Positions 21,257 through 32,400 of a stretch of DNA of 64,000 nt are shown piece after piece. The notes beneath the pieces are model-generated. The model ran no database searches. It worked only from the letters and a program-made list of their open reading frames with translations, and was not told the origin of the DNA. This DNA comes from Chthoniobacteraceae bacterium (GTDB taxonomy: Bacteria; Verrucomicrobiota; Verrucomicrobiia; Chthoniobacterales; Chthoniobacteraceae), in the NCBI GenBank assembly GCA_031409655.1, contig JANNXQ010000170.1, positions 32,001 through 96,000 on the forward strand, read 5' to 3'. How positions within the stretch are numbered: position 1 is the first letter of the stretch; every line of letters begins with the position of its first letter. Position numbers and translations under genes: made by a program.

Positions 21257-21330
21257 CTCACCCTCATCCTCATCATCTTCATCCTCCCGCCGCTGATGAT
21301 GAAGATGAAGAGGATGAGGATGAGGATGAG
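21257..21330. repeat. Intergenic imperfect inverted repeat made of CTCATC/GATGAG-type units
   Basis: ctcaccctcatcctcatcatcttcatcctc ... gatgatgaagatgaagaggatgaggatgaggatgag. Confidence 0.7.
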
Positions 21331-21346
21331 CGTGCGGGACGTAGGC

Positions 21347-22219
21347 TCACTGGCTCTTCGTCAGCGAGCGCGCGGCGCGCCAGAGGACCGGCGGGACGAG
21401 ATCCTTGCCGAGTTGCTTGAGGCGTTCACCGAGCGGCGGCGGCGGCACGTCCGCGCTGGTGCCGAGACTCTTCGTGGCGATGACGCCGGCTTCCAGATCG
21501 CGGGTAAGTTCCGGCGGGAGCTTGATCTCGCGGCCGTAAAAAACGAAGTCGCCCCGGCCCTGGACTTTCTGGGTCACGTCGTCCGGGAGGCGGATGGGAT
21601 CGAGGCCGTAAAACGCAAAAAGGTTCAGCCAGAATTTTTCCGGCTGCTCGTTGCAATGATGGTAGTGGGCGTCATTGGTCGAAGGTTCCTCGAAGGAGAA
21701 CCAGGCGACCCGGGCGTGATTGACGATATTGGCGACGAGCACGCCGGAGAGCGGACATTCGATGTGCTCGGCGACTTCCGTGCAGATCACCATGTCGAAG
21801 GTGCGGTTCAGATTCAGCGGCAGGCGGAGATCGTGCTGCAGCAGACGCTCCTGCGGAACGCCGCGGGCGAGGGTGCGGCGGTTGCCGGCGTGGGTGCCTT
21901 CGACGGCGAAAATGTCGATGCCCGCCTTGAGAAAGCCCTCGGTGAAAAAGCCGCTCGCGCAGCCAAGTTCGAGGATCGATTTCACCGGACGCCCCAGCAC
22001 CATGCGGCCGTAATCGAGGACGTGGGTGACGTAACTCTCGACGATGTGCGGCGGCACATGGTCGGCCTCGTAGTAGGTGTCTTCGTAGAAGCCATCGAGG
22101 TCGAAGTAGCAAAAGGCGTGTTCAAATTTCGGATCGAACCACCACCGCTGGTTATCCCCGAGCCACCCGGTGTCTTTCTTGTCGTCGTAGATGGTTACTT
22201 TGCTGGTCGTCGGTTTCAC
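21347..22219 (-). CDS. Class I SAM-dependent methyltransferase
   Basis: ILELGCASG, FAVEG, FDMVICTEVAEHI, HHCNEQPEKFW. Confidence 0.88.
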   Translation of the reverse strand: MKPTTSKVTIYDDKKDTGWLGDNQRWWFDPKFEHAFCYFDLDGFYEDTYYEADHVPPHIVESYVTHVLDYGRMVLGRPVKSILELGCASGFFTEGFLKAGIDIFAVEGTHAGNRRTLARGVPQERLLQHDLRLPLNLNRTFDMVICTEVAEHIECPLSGVLVANIVNHARVAWFSFEEPSTNDAHYHHCNEQPEKFWLNLFAFYGLDPIRLPDDVTQKVQGRGDFVFYGREIKLPPELTRDLEAGVIATKSLGTSADVPPPPLGERLKQLGKDLVPPVLWRAARSLTKSQ

Positions 22220-22276
22220 GTGAGTCGATTTGTTGTTTCCAGTTTTGGGCGGTCGGATTGAAATTTTCCCTGCTGC

Positions 22277-23548
22277 TCAGGCGGGCTGCGCAGCGCTTGC
22301 GCCAGCGGTGAGGGCATCGGGCGCACTGCCCTGGGCGGTGGTCGCAAAGGCGAAGTCGGCAAAGACCACGCCGGCAGCCGTGGCCTCGGTATTTCCCGCG
22401 GCGGGATAGGGGAGCAGCGGGAGGATTTCGAGCTGCAGCGCGTGCTCGAAGGCGTCGATGACGCCGGCGCTGCAGATGAAAATGCTCACCCGATACGTGT
22501 CCGGCCGGAGCCACGGCGTCCGCAGCGTGAACTCGCCTTCGTAGCGATCGCTCGCATCGACCCAGTGGCCGACCATGCGCGAATCGCACTGGAGCAGGAT
22601 GACGCCGTAGTGATCGACGATGTGGCAGGAGAGAAAATAGCGGCCGTTGTAAGGGGCGAAACGCTCGATGGTGAACCGGATGGTCTTGTCCCCGGCGCAC
22701 TCGTAAAACTCCTTCGTGGTGGTGATCGAGGTGACGCGGAGTTCGCCACTGCCGGCGCGCTGGCGGGGGTCGCCCATTTTCGTCGCCGGACGCTCGAAGC
22801 TGCGCACGTAGTAGTCGATCGCCTGCGGCACGCCGCCGTAGCAAACGAGCCGTCCCTTTTCCAGATACATGGCCCGGGTGCACAGTACTTGAACAGATTG
22901 CATGTGATGGCTGACGAAAAGCACGGTGCGTCCGCCGTGGGCCACGTCCTTGATCTTGCCCAGGCATTTTCGCTGAAACTCGGCATCGCCCACGGCGAGC
23001 ACTTCATCCACGAGCAGGATGTCCGAGCTGAGGTGCGCGGCGACGGCAAAGGCGAGCCGGACGTACATGCCGCTCGAGTAGCGCTTCACCGGGGTATCGA
23101 GGAACTGCTCGACGCCGGAGAAATCAACGATGGCGTCGAACTGGCGATCGATGTCGCGCCGCGACATGCCGATGATCGCGCCATTTAAGTACACATTCTC
23201 GCGCCCGGTCAGTTCGGGATGAAAGCCGGTGCCGACTTCGAGCAGGCTGCCGACGCTGCCGTAGAGGTCGATCTCGCCGCTGGTCGGTTCGGTGATGCGG
23301 CTGAGGATTTTCAGGAGCGTGCTTTTGCCCGCGCCATTGCGTCCGACGACGCCGACGACGTCGCCCGCCATGATGTCGAAGGAAACATCTTTCAACGCCC
23401 AAAACGTCTCCGACTCGGTGCGCCGGAAGCCGCGTTTCGCTTTGTGGATGAGCTGTTCGGCGAGCGTGGTCTGCTTCTCGCCCTGGTGCTGGATGGTGTA
23501 GGACTTCGAGAGGCCGCGTACACCGATGGCTACTTCACTGTTGGACAT
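22277..23548 (-). CDS. wzt: Polysaccharide ABC exporter ATPase with a C-terminal Wzt_C domain
   Basis: FWALKDVSF, GRNGAGKSTLLK, PVKRYSSGMYVRLAF, LLVDEVLAVGD, plus a C-terminal extension of about 170 aa. Confidence 0.93.
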   Translation of the reverse strand: MSNSEVAIGVRGLSKSYTIQHQGEKQTTLAEQLIHKAKRGFRRTESETFWALKDVSFDIMAGDVVGVVGRNGAGKSTLLKILSRITEPTSGEIDLYGSVGSLLEVGTGFHPELTGRENVYLNGAIIGMSRRDIDRQFDAIVDFSGVEQFLDTPVKRYSSGMYVRLAFAVAAHLSSDILLVDEVLAVGDAEFQRKCLGKIKDVAHGGRTVLFVSHHMQSVQVLCTRAMYLEKGRLVCYGGVPQAIDYYVRSFERPATKMGDPRQRAGSGELRVTSITTTKEFYECAGDKTIRFTIERFAPYNGRYFLSCHIVDHYGVILLQCDSRMVGHWVDASDRYEGEFTLRTPWLRPDTYRVSIFICSAGVIDAFEHALQLEILPLLPYPAAGNTEATAAGVVFADFAFATTAQGSAPDALTAGASAAQPA

Positions 23549-23557
23549 GAGAACGGT

Positions 23558-24454
23558 TCAGGTTCCGAAAAGGCTGCGGCCGAGGACGCGCTTCAACGCG
23601 GGCGGATATTGCCGGAAGGCGCGCACGGACTCGGCGGCGGCAGTGAAATAGCGCCCGGCGGACCAGGCCGCGTAGGCGCGGCCTTTGAAATGCCCGTAGT
23701 AGTCTTCCTGCAAAATGTCCCGGCTTTTGGCAATTGCCGCGCGGCACTGCGCACAGCCGGGATGCAGGTTGGCGTGTTTGTCGAGCACGCGCATGGCGTT
23801 GAGGAACATCCGCGGGGCATTGCGGCCCTGCTGTTTCCCGTGCAGGCCGACGCGGCCGAGGATTTCGTTCACGCCCACCAGGCGAAACTCGGCGGCCATG
23901 CGGATGCCGATGTCCCAGTCGTCGGTGCCGCCGAGCGAGGCGTCGAAGGGGCCGATCTGATCGAGCGCCGAGCGCCGGAAGAGCATGGTCTGGACGGGCA
24001 GGACCATGTGGCCGAGCAGGTCGTGTACGTCGAGTTCGTCGGCTGGGAAATAAGTCGCCGTGGCCTCGCCGGAGTGGATGTGGAAGAACTCGATGGTCGC
24101 ATAGACCAGCCCGATCTTCGGATCTTCGCTGAAGCGGGGAATCTGGCGCTCGAGCTTGTGCGGCAGCCAGAGATCGTCCTGATCGAGCACCGCAAAAAAT
24201 TCCCCCTGCGCGTGCAGCAATCCGAGATTGCGCGCGGCCGCGGTCCCCGAGTTTTTCTGCTCGAAAAATCGGATCCGATCTCCGAACCGGCGCACGATGT
24301 CCGGGGTGCCGTCGGTCGAGCCGTCGTCCACGACGAGCAGTTCCACCGCCGGCCAGGTCTGGGCGAAGATGCTCTCGATGGTCTTGCCGATGAAGTCCGC
24401 GCCGTTGAAGGCAGGGATCACCACGCTGACCAGAGGTTTGTCGGAATCTGTCAT
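23558..24454 (-). CDS. GT2 family glycosyltransferase
   Basis: PLVSVVIPAFN, VVDDGSTDGT, AARNLG, LDQDDLW, DDWD. Confidence 0.92.
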   Translation of the reverse strand: MTDSDKPLVSVVIPAFNGADFIGKTIESIFAQTWPAVELLVVDDGSTDGTPDIVRRFGDRIRFFEQKNSGTAAARNLGLLHAQGEFFAVLDQDDLWLPHKLERQIPRFSEDPKIGLVYATIEFFHIHSGEATATYFPADELDVHDLLGHMVLPVQTMLFRRSALDQIGPFDASLGGTDDWDIGIRMAAEFRLVGVNEILGRVGLHGKQQGRNAPRMFLNAMRVLDKHANLHPGCAQCRAAIAKSRDILQEDYYGHFKGRAYAAWSAGRYFTAAAESVRAFRQYPPALKRVLGRSLFGT

Positions 24455-24455
24455 T

Positions 24456-25343
24456 TTAGATGATGTCTGCAAAACGGCGCTCCATGCGTTTGAACGAGAA
24501 AAGCCCGATCGCCATGACGACCAGTGACGCGCCCGCCGCGTAGCCGAGCAAAGTCCAATCCAGCGAGCCGCGACCGAGGATCGAGAAACGCATCGCTTCG
24601 AGGAGGCTCGAGAGAGGGTTGAAATTATACCAAAAACGCAAGTGCTCCGGCACTGCCGAAACCGCATAGGCGATGGGGCTCGCGTAGAGGAGGATCTGGA
24701 GGGCGACGGGGAGGATGTAGGAGACGTCGCGATAGCTCACGGTGAGCGAAGCGGCGCAGAGGCCGATCCCGGTCGCGAAAAGCAGGAGAACCATGAGCAG
24801 CGCCGGAAGGAGAACCAGCCCCCAACCCGGCACGACACCGTAGATGATCATGAGGACGGCCATCATCCCGGTGGCCACGCTGAAATCGATGAGGACTGAT
24901 GGGATCGAAGACAACGGCAGCACCAGCCTTGGAAAGAAGACCTTCGAGATGAGGTGGGCATTGCCCACGAGGGAGCCACTGACCTTCGCGACGGTCGCGC
25001 TGAAAAGATTCCAGCCCATGAGGCCGGCATAGGAGAAGAGAAAGTATGGCAGCCCGTCGCTGGGCATTTGCGCCACTTTCCCAAAGACAAAGGAGAAGAT
25101 GCCCGCTGCCATGAGCGGCTGCAGGACCACCCAAACGACGCCGAGGGCCGTCTGCTTGTAGCGCAGGCGCAGGTCGCGGAGGGCGAGCGAGAGGAGGAGA
25201 TCCCGGAACTTCCAAATCTCCGGGAGATTCAGCGGCACCCAGCCAGAGCTGGCCCGCAGGGTCATCGTGGGACGGCGCGGGTCTCCAGGCGGCGGAGGTG
25301 CCGGGGTCGCGGGTGCGGACAGGGTCGATTGCAAAGATGGCAT
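24456..25343 (-). CDS. wzm: Polysaccharide ABC exporter permease
   Basis: RDLRLRYKQTALGVVW, LISKVFFPR, YRDV, YASPIAY, NPLS, ERRFADII. Confidence 0.93.
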   Translation of the reverse strand: MPSLQSTLSAPATPAPPPPGDPRRPTMTLRASSGWVPLNLPEIWKFRDLLLSLALRDLRLRYKQTALGVVWVVLQPLMAAGIFSFVFGKVAQMPSDGLPYFLFSYAGLMGWNLFSATVAKVSGSLVGNAHLISKVFFPRLVLPLSSIPSVLIDFSVATGMMAVLMIIYGVVPGWGLVLLPALLMVLLLFATGIGLCAASLTVSYRDVSYILPVALQILLYASPIAYAVSAVPEHLRFWYNFNPLSSLLEAMRFSILGRGSLDWTLLGYAAGASLVVMAIGLFSFKRMERRFADII

Positions 25344-25402
25344 TTTTTGATTCAGAGATGATTCACATCCGGACGGGCGCACGATGTCGCACCCACCAGG
25401 CG

Positions 25403-25942
25403 TCAGCCCGCGAGTTGCTCTTCTTCGCGACCCAAACGCTCGACGAGCATCGGAAGCATGGCGCCCGCCTTTTTCCGCCAAATCTGGAGGGATTGAATGC
25501 GTTCCTCCATCAGGCCGCGATTTGAGGCTGGAAGCTCGCTGAGCAACTCCACGAGTCGGGCAAGGCGATCGTCCTGATCCGAGAGTTGCGGAACGATCCG
25601 TTCGCGGACCACGCCCGCCGCGATCGTCCGGAGGTGAGTCTCCGCCACATAGAAGTCCCGGCGCTCTCCTGGGACGTAGGTCACCTTCACCGCTCCTACA
25701 GTGCGGAGTAGCCGCAAGCCCTGGCTTGCCGATCCGCTGCTGATCCGCAGCTTTTCCCGCACGTAGTCGGCTGAGACGGGCTGTGGTGAGGCAAAAAGGA
25801 GTCCATAAATCTCGCCGATTGACCGCGAGATGTGGAAGAGATTGGCGAGGCGGACGAAGAAATCGATGGTGTCGATTTCGATTGGGGAAAGGATCTTTCC
25901 CGGTTCGCCCGAGGGCAGCACCGAAGCTTGGGATGGGTTCAC
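25403..25942 (-). CDS. GbsR/MarR-family winged-helix transcriptional regulator
   Basis: SRSIGEIYGLLF...ISSGSASQGLRLLRTVGAV...GERRDFYVAE; start uncertain (GTG). Confidence 0.82.
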   Translation of the reverse strand: MNPSQASVLPSGEPGKILSPIEIDTIDFFVRLANLFHISRSIGEIYGLLFASPQPVSADYVREKLRISSGSASQGLRLLRTVGAVKVTYVPGERRDFYVAETHLRTIAAGVVRERIVPQLSDQDDRLARLVELLSELPASNRGLMEERIQSLQIWRKKAGAMLPMLVERLGREEEQLAG

Positions 25943-26444
25943 GTCAGTGGTTGTATTTGGTTGTGGATCAATGGCTTCACTCCGTTCATTAGGGAGTGAA
26001 AACTCAGCGCAAAAAGGGGGCTCGAAGGGGCTCAGTGCCGGGCCGGCGGGCCAGAAGATGCTGCCGCACTTGGTCTTGTTCCCTCGGCGAGGGGCAGGAC
26101 CATTGTTCATTTCGTGAACGGGATATTCCAACTTTCATCCGAGAGAGCGCATCTTGCGCCACGGCACGACTACCTCTTCCTTTTTTATCGAAACGCGGCC
26201 GCCAAGGCCATCTTTCAGCGACCAAATCGCACATCGGAATCGCTGAGATATGCCAGTAAGACTTCGTCCTACGTAATTTTGCCAATCACGCACCCGGCTT
26301 TGAACCTTTTCAGCCCGATATGTTTACGGGTCCATCAACGACTAGATCTCCCATTTGGAGGGAACTCTTGTTTTTTCAAAAGGATTTCTGAATAAATGCG
26401 AAGGTTTTTATCAAAAACCCCGCGACTTGTGTTAAAGACCCGTG

Positions 26445-26456
26445 TTTATCTTCACG
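26445..26456 (+). promoter_or_regulatory. Candidate promoter/operator motif TTTATCTTCACG, copy 1
   Basis: Identical 12-mer also lies upstream of the second giant gene. Confidence 0.35.
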
Positions 26457-26491
26457 TTCCCCGGCCTGCTCCACTTCCCTTCCCGAAACCT

Positions 26492-29400
26492 ATGAGACGC
26501 TCCTTCCTATTTCCCGCCTTACTCTCTGCGCTTGCGGCCCTGCACGTCCCGGCCCGTGCCGCGCTCGATATTGGGCCCGGTGGTGGTCCCGGCGACGGCG
26601 TACCGGACGTTTGGGCAGCCGTCACCGGCTACACTGGCGACGGTGCATCTTTATCCGCCGACAGCGATGGGGACGGGCAGACCAATGGAGCCGAGGCGGC
26701 TGCGGGGACGAATCCCAACGCTTCGGGAGACGTCATCGCCATCAAGAGCCTGACCCCCGCCGGGGCCAACCTGAAAATCGATTTCCCGGGAATCGGTGGA
26801 AAAAAGTATCAGATGCAAAGCTCGCCGACCCTTTCCCCTGCGAATTTTACCAACGTGCCGCAAGCTGCGGGGACGGTAGTCGCCACCGCAGATGCAAATA
26901 TCCAAGTGACCTTACCAATGGGCGCCGGGTCCAAATACTACCGGGTCGTGGTCTCGGACATCGACACCGACAGTGATGGCCTGACCGATTACGAAGAACG
27001 CAAAATCGGACTGAATCCTCTCTTGCCAGATATCATCGGCGGTTTGAGCGGTGTCGCCTACGTGAGCGGCCAACTCGCTCTCCCGGATGTGGTGACAGTT
27101 GTCGCCACGGATGCCACGGCGTCGGAGGATGGTTCTGATTTCGGAAGCTTCATGGTGGAGCGGACCCGCAACCTCTTTACCATCGATGTCCCCTACACGG
27201 TTTCAGGAACCGCTACACCTGGCGTGGATTACCAGTCTCTGGGAGGATCGGTGCATCTGATGTTGGGTGAAAACACCGCTTCATTCAACATTGTGCCAAC
27301 GTCCGAGCCGACGAATGTCGTTGAAAGTGGAGAGTCCGTGACGGTCACCCTTGCAAATCCATCACTGGTCTATTCACTTGGCACGCCTAGTTCGGCAACC
27401 GTGATCATTGGCGAAACCACCGCCACGAGTGGGACTGGTCTGATGGCTCGTTACTACGACACCGCGAGCGGCAACTACAGCCGACCGGAAAACTTCGGCA
27501 CCGTTTCGAGTTATACCTACACAAGGCTAACCGCGGCCACCGGGACGGCAACGATCGCCTACACCGCGACGCCCGCACTTTCTGTGGGACACCAGGTGAA
27601 CGTGGCCTTTACAGCCGGCAACCTCAATAACGTGCTCTACAGCCCGCTGCTCTACACCGTGACGGGAGTTACTCCGACGAATTTCACGGTGGCGATTGCC
27701 GGCACCGCCTTGCCGACCAACCAAACTACGGCGTCGTCCTGCGTCATTAGCATCACCAGCTTCCCGCACCCGGCGGTCATCACTCAGGTGGATCCGACGG
27801 TGAATTTTGATTGGCAGCACGGGACGCCAAATGGCGTGGTGATCCTGCCAAACAATTCTCCGGACAATTACTCCGCGTCTTGGGATGCGTATCTCCAACC
27901 GACGACTGCTGGGAACTATATTTTCCAGCTTGATGCGGATGACAAAGCGCGGGTGCTGCTCGATACCGGGGCGGGTTTGGTGCAGATCCTCGAGCACGGT
28001 TGGGATGGCCCGGCCACAATTGGAACCTTTAAGCAGAGTGCGCCGATCGCCCTCTCGGTGCCGGGATCTCCATCCGCGCGCTACCACATTCGGGTGGAGC
28101 ATGTGGAAACCACGGGTAATGCACGGTGCAGGCTGCAGTGGAGCGCGAACGGTGGCACCACTTTCGCCAATATCGCGCAGGCAAATCAGTTCACTCATAC
28201 CCAGGCAATAACTTATAGCTATACGCAAGCCACGGGTGATGTGGTCGTCACTCCTACGGGCGGACATCTTTTCGTGGGTGGCGAAGTCGTCAATCTGACG
28301 ATGTCATCAGGAAACCTGTTCCTCCCGATCAGCTACAGTGGACCGTACACGATCACGGCCGTCAGCGGAACCAGCACTTTCACCGTGAATATCACCGGGA
28401 CTGGCTTGCCAGCCACTGGCACAGGTTCAGGCTTTCTGGAAAACGCGGCCAGCACCACGACGGGTCTATTCAACCGCACCTATGCAAACACGGCCTTCAC
28501 CAGTCCTCCGGGACGCGTTGGCGTGGACGCTGCAGTTACTACTGGGAATAATGGCATCTGGAATACCGGAACGCCCGACGTGAATCTCATCCGGCCGGAG
28601 ACCTTTTCAGTTCGGTGGACCGGTCAGGTGCAACCTCAATTCTCCGAGGAGTACACCCTCGTGGTGGGGGCCGATGATGGTTGCGCCTTGCGGATCAACG
28701 GGCAGTCGCAAATCCTTAGGACGATTCCTTCCGCGAGCACCAGTGGTAGCACCTACCTCTATGACGCCGGCTCCGGAAATGCGGTGGTCTCCTACCCGGC
28801 TTTGATCGTATCTCCTGGCAGCTTTATCGTAGGGGAGTCCGTGCGGCTTGATCCCAGCAGCGGCAGTCTTTCCCATGCCCCCGCCAGTCCGCCCACCTAC
28901 CGCTTCGATGACGTTACTGGGGACGTCGTTATTAACTACGCGAACCTGACGAACGTGACGCCGGGCGGCTTTGTCGTTGGAGAAACGATCGAACTGGACC
29001 CTACCAGCGGCAGTCTCAGCGCTCTGGGTCTCCTCCCGTATACCATTACTGCCGCCACGGCGAACACCATCACGGTCAACTCCGGCGGGCTGGGTTTTAA
29101 TCCGAGGATGAGCGTCGCGGCCATCTCCGTTGGACCTGCTTGTGAGATCACCACTGTGCAGAATCACGGCTTGAGCGTCGGCAGCGAGCTGAGGATTTCC
29201 TCGGTCGCCACCGGGATTTTCTCACCGGATATCAACAGCCTTTATACGGTGGTCGCGGTTGTCAGTCCGACTAAGTTCACCGTGGCTTCAAACTGCACGG
29301 TCGCTCCCACTGCTGGCACCGGAGTGGTAATCGTATCGGGCAATATCGCTATCAGCGACAATCGGAATGCGGTCATCACCGCGGCCACGCCCACCACCTT

Positions 29401-32400
29401 CACGGTCAATATGGGCGCGAACAAGTATGCCAATGCCAGCGCGGGCAACGTAAGCATTGATATTGTCAATAAGCCGCTCAAGGACTGGTCTTCGAGCGCC
29501 AACGAACGTTTCGTCCATGTTCCGATGATTGGCGGGGTGCGTTACGACATTCAACTCGATTACTACGAGAGCACGAGTGCCGCGAAGTGCCAGCTCTCGT
29601 GGTATAGCCCCAGCCAGCCCCGGCAGATTATCCCGAGCAATCGGCTCTACCCAACATCCACGCCTGCCTCCCCGCTCGCTCCACCAATTCTCCTCAGTCC
29701 GACTTCGGCGGTGGCCTTGGTTGGCGGTGCGTTCTCCTATGCAGTGGTCGGCAGTAATGGCGCTACGGTCACGGTCAGTGGTAACCCGGCTTGGTTGACC
29801 TACAGCGGTGGCGTCCTCAGTGGCACGCCGCCTCCTGGAACGGCTGGGCACTACCAGATCGTGGTCACAACTACCGGACCAGCAGGGACTGGGATGTCGG
29901 TCATCGAACTCGACGTTCAGGATACCGGTGGGGTGATTGCGCGGGAATATTGGAATGGTGTCGAGGGAACGACCATCGCGACGATCCCGACCGGTGCGGT
30001 CCCGACGGGCTCCGGGGATCTTTCACAGCTTGCTGCTCCGACCGACTTCGGAGACAACTATGGCGCGCGGATCCGCGGCTATATCACCGCGCCCGTCACG
30101 GGAAATTACTACTTCTGGATCTCCGCCAGCAACGCTGCGGAACTCTGGATCGCCAATGATGATGAACCGATCAACACCTTCAAGCGCGCGTCGGTGACGA
30201 CCGGTAACACCACTCCACAAACGTGGGTTGGTGAAGCAAATCAGAAGTCCGCCTGGCTGGCTCTGGAAGCCGGTCAAAGATATTATATCGAGATCCTCCA
30301 CAAAGCCGGCTCCGGTGCTGGGGACAATCTCGCAGTCGGCTGGCTCAAACCTGGCGAATCCGGCGCCCTCCCGAGTGAAGTGGTGCCTGGCTATGTGCTC
30401 TCGCCGTATGTCGCGCCGTCGTTGCAATCGATCCCCGGGACGCTCTACGTGGCGACCATGCTCTCGCAGAACGGTGCGGCGACCAGCGGTGTGGGCACGT
30501 CCACCCTTCGCCTGAGTGCGGACGAGACGACGGTCATCATGGGCTACAGTTACAGGGGCCTGACGGGTCCGATCACCTCGCAGCACATTCACACTGATCC
30601 CTACCTCTTAAAGCCATCGGAGATCGTCTTCGACATCGATACGCCCGAGACGGCGGGGGATGGCTTGATCCTCACGGGTCCTGACGCTGGAAAGTATAAA
30701 TGGACGATCAAAGATCGAGGAAGCCTCACCGCCCCGGAGATCCGCGAGATCATCAAGCAGGGCAAAGCCTACATCAATTTGCATACCGCAATGTTTCCGG
30801 CAGGCGAAATACGCGGTAACTATACGTTAGCGAACGGCTCGCGCCTGTTCACCCCGCCGCCGGCGCCTCCGGCTCTCGCCGACGATCATGCGACCAACAA
30901 CGGAGCCTCCCGCTTCCTCACGCAGGCGACGTTTGGGCCAAATCCTGCCGATATCGCGGCGCTGAAAGCGATGGCCAGTTACGATGCCTGGATCAATGAC
31001 CAGTTCACGAGGCCAGTGAGCTACACCTTGCCCGAAGTCATCAGGACCGAAAATGCGAGCGCCCAAGGTGCCGCGTTCGATGAAACGCTGGCTTTCAATG
31101 CGTGGTGGAAGAGTGCCGTTTCTGCCCCGGACCAGCTCCGGCAGCGAATCGCTTATGCATTAAGCCAGATCCACGTCGTATCAGCGCAGGGACCACTCGA
31201 CAACCGTGCAGAAGCCTTGGCCTATTACTACGACCATCTCGTCAATCACGCTTTCGGCAACTTCCGCGACCTCCTCCAAGCGACGACGCTCACGCCGGCC
31301 ATGGGGCGTTACCTTGACATGAAGGAAAACGACAAGCCTGACCTAACGGTGGGGCGCATTCCGAACGAAAACTATGCTCGTGAGATCCTGCAGTTGTTCG
31401 ACCTCGGACTTTTCCGGCTGTGGCCAGATGGCACGTTGATGCTGAATTCGAAGGACGAATTGATCCCCACCTACACCCAGCGTGAGATCGTCGGTTTTGC
31501 CCACCTCTTCACTGGCTGGGACGACGGATACGATGGAGCCTTCCGGACGACGCTCGGTGCAGCGACCAATTACACCCGCCCGATGCGGGAGGTGCCCGCC
31601 CGCCATTTCACCGGACCGAAGCGCGTGCTGAACAATGAAGTCCTGCCCGGACTTCAGCAGTTGGGCGGTCAGCCGCTCGACCCTTACGCCACTCATAACG
31701 CGACGCAATTCAACGATCCATCCTACCAGGCACTTCCTGGGTTGGAACTCGCCGTTTCCCATCAGCAGCTTTTCGAGCACCCGAATGTTGGTCCCTTCAT
31801 CTGTCGCCAGCTCATTCAGAGGATGGTGATGAGCAATCCTTCCCGCGACTACTTGTACCGGGTCGTCCAAAAATTCAACAATAACGGCGCGGGGGTGCGC
31901 GGCGATCTGAAAGCAGTCATCAAGGCGATCCTCCTCGACTACGAAGCCCGCAGTAGCTCGGAAACAACGAAGCCGATCTATGGAAAGCAGCGGGAACCGG
32001 TGCTCCGCGTCGCCGCAGCGGGACGGGCTTTCCGGCAGGCCGCTTGGACCGGAACCTACACGCAGAGCGCCTCACCGAGCAGCACGTCACGGACGATTAC
32101 GGTCAGCACCTCGACGGCCCACAAACTAGTCACCGGTAACAATGTGTTTCTCGACTTTTCCGACACTACGGGAGACGTCGCCAAACCCGCGCCGTGGATC
32201 GGTACTTACTCGGCAACCGTCACGGGAAACAATACGTTCACGGTTCAGGCGAACGGATGGGCCACCGGAACTTATAACATCCCGGCGAATTCCACTGTGT
32301 GTACCGTAAGTATGGGCAGCCATTGGCTCGAAGCGACTGAACAGGCGTACTTCGACTTTACCAGCGGACCCGCGGACGGCCTCGCCGGTTTCGATAACAC

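Noticed and set aside
20132..22261. 709-aa plus-strand ORF containing LILIIFIL...MKMKRMRMRM
   Set aside because: Antisense to two well-supported genes; the odd peptide is just the translated intergenic repeat
25943..26491. JUMPstart/ops element ahead of the glycan operon
   Set aside because: No GGCGGTAG-type motif found on the minus strand
28710..29467. Domain insertions as inteins
   Set aside because: No C/S-start and HN-C/S/T-end splice motifs and no homing endonuclease motifs
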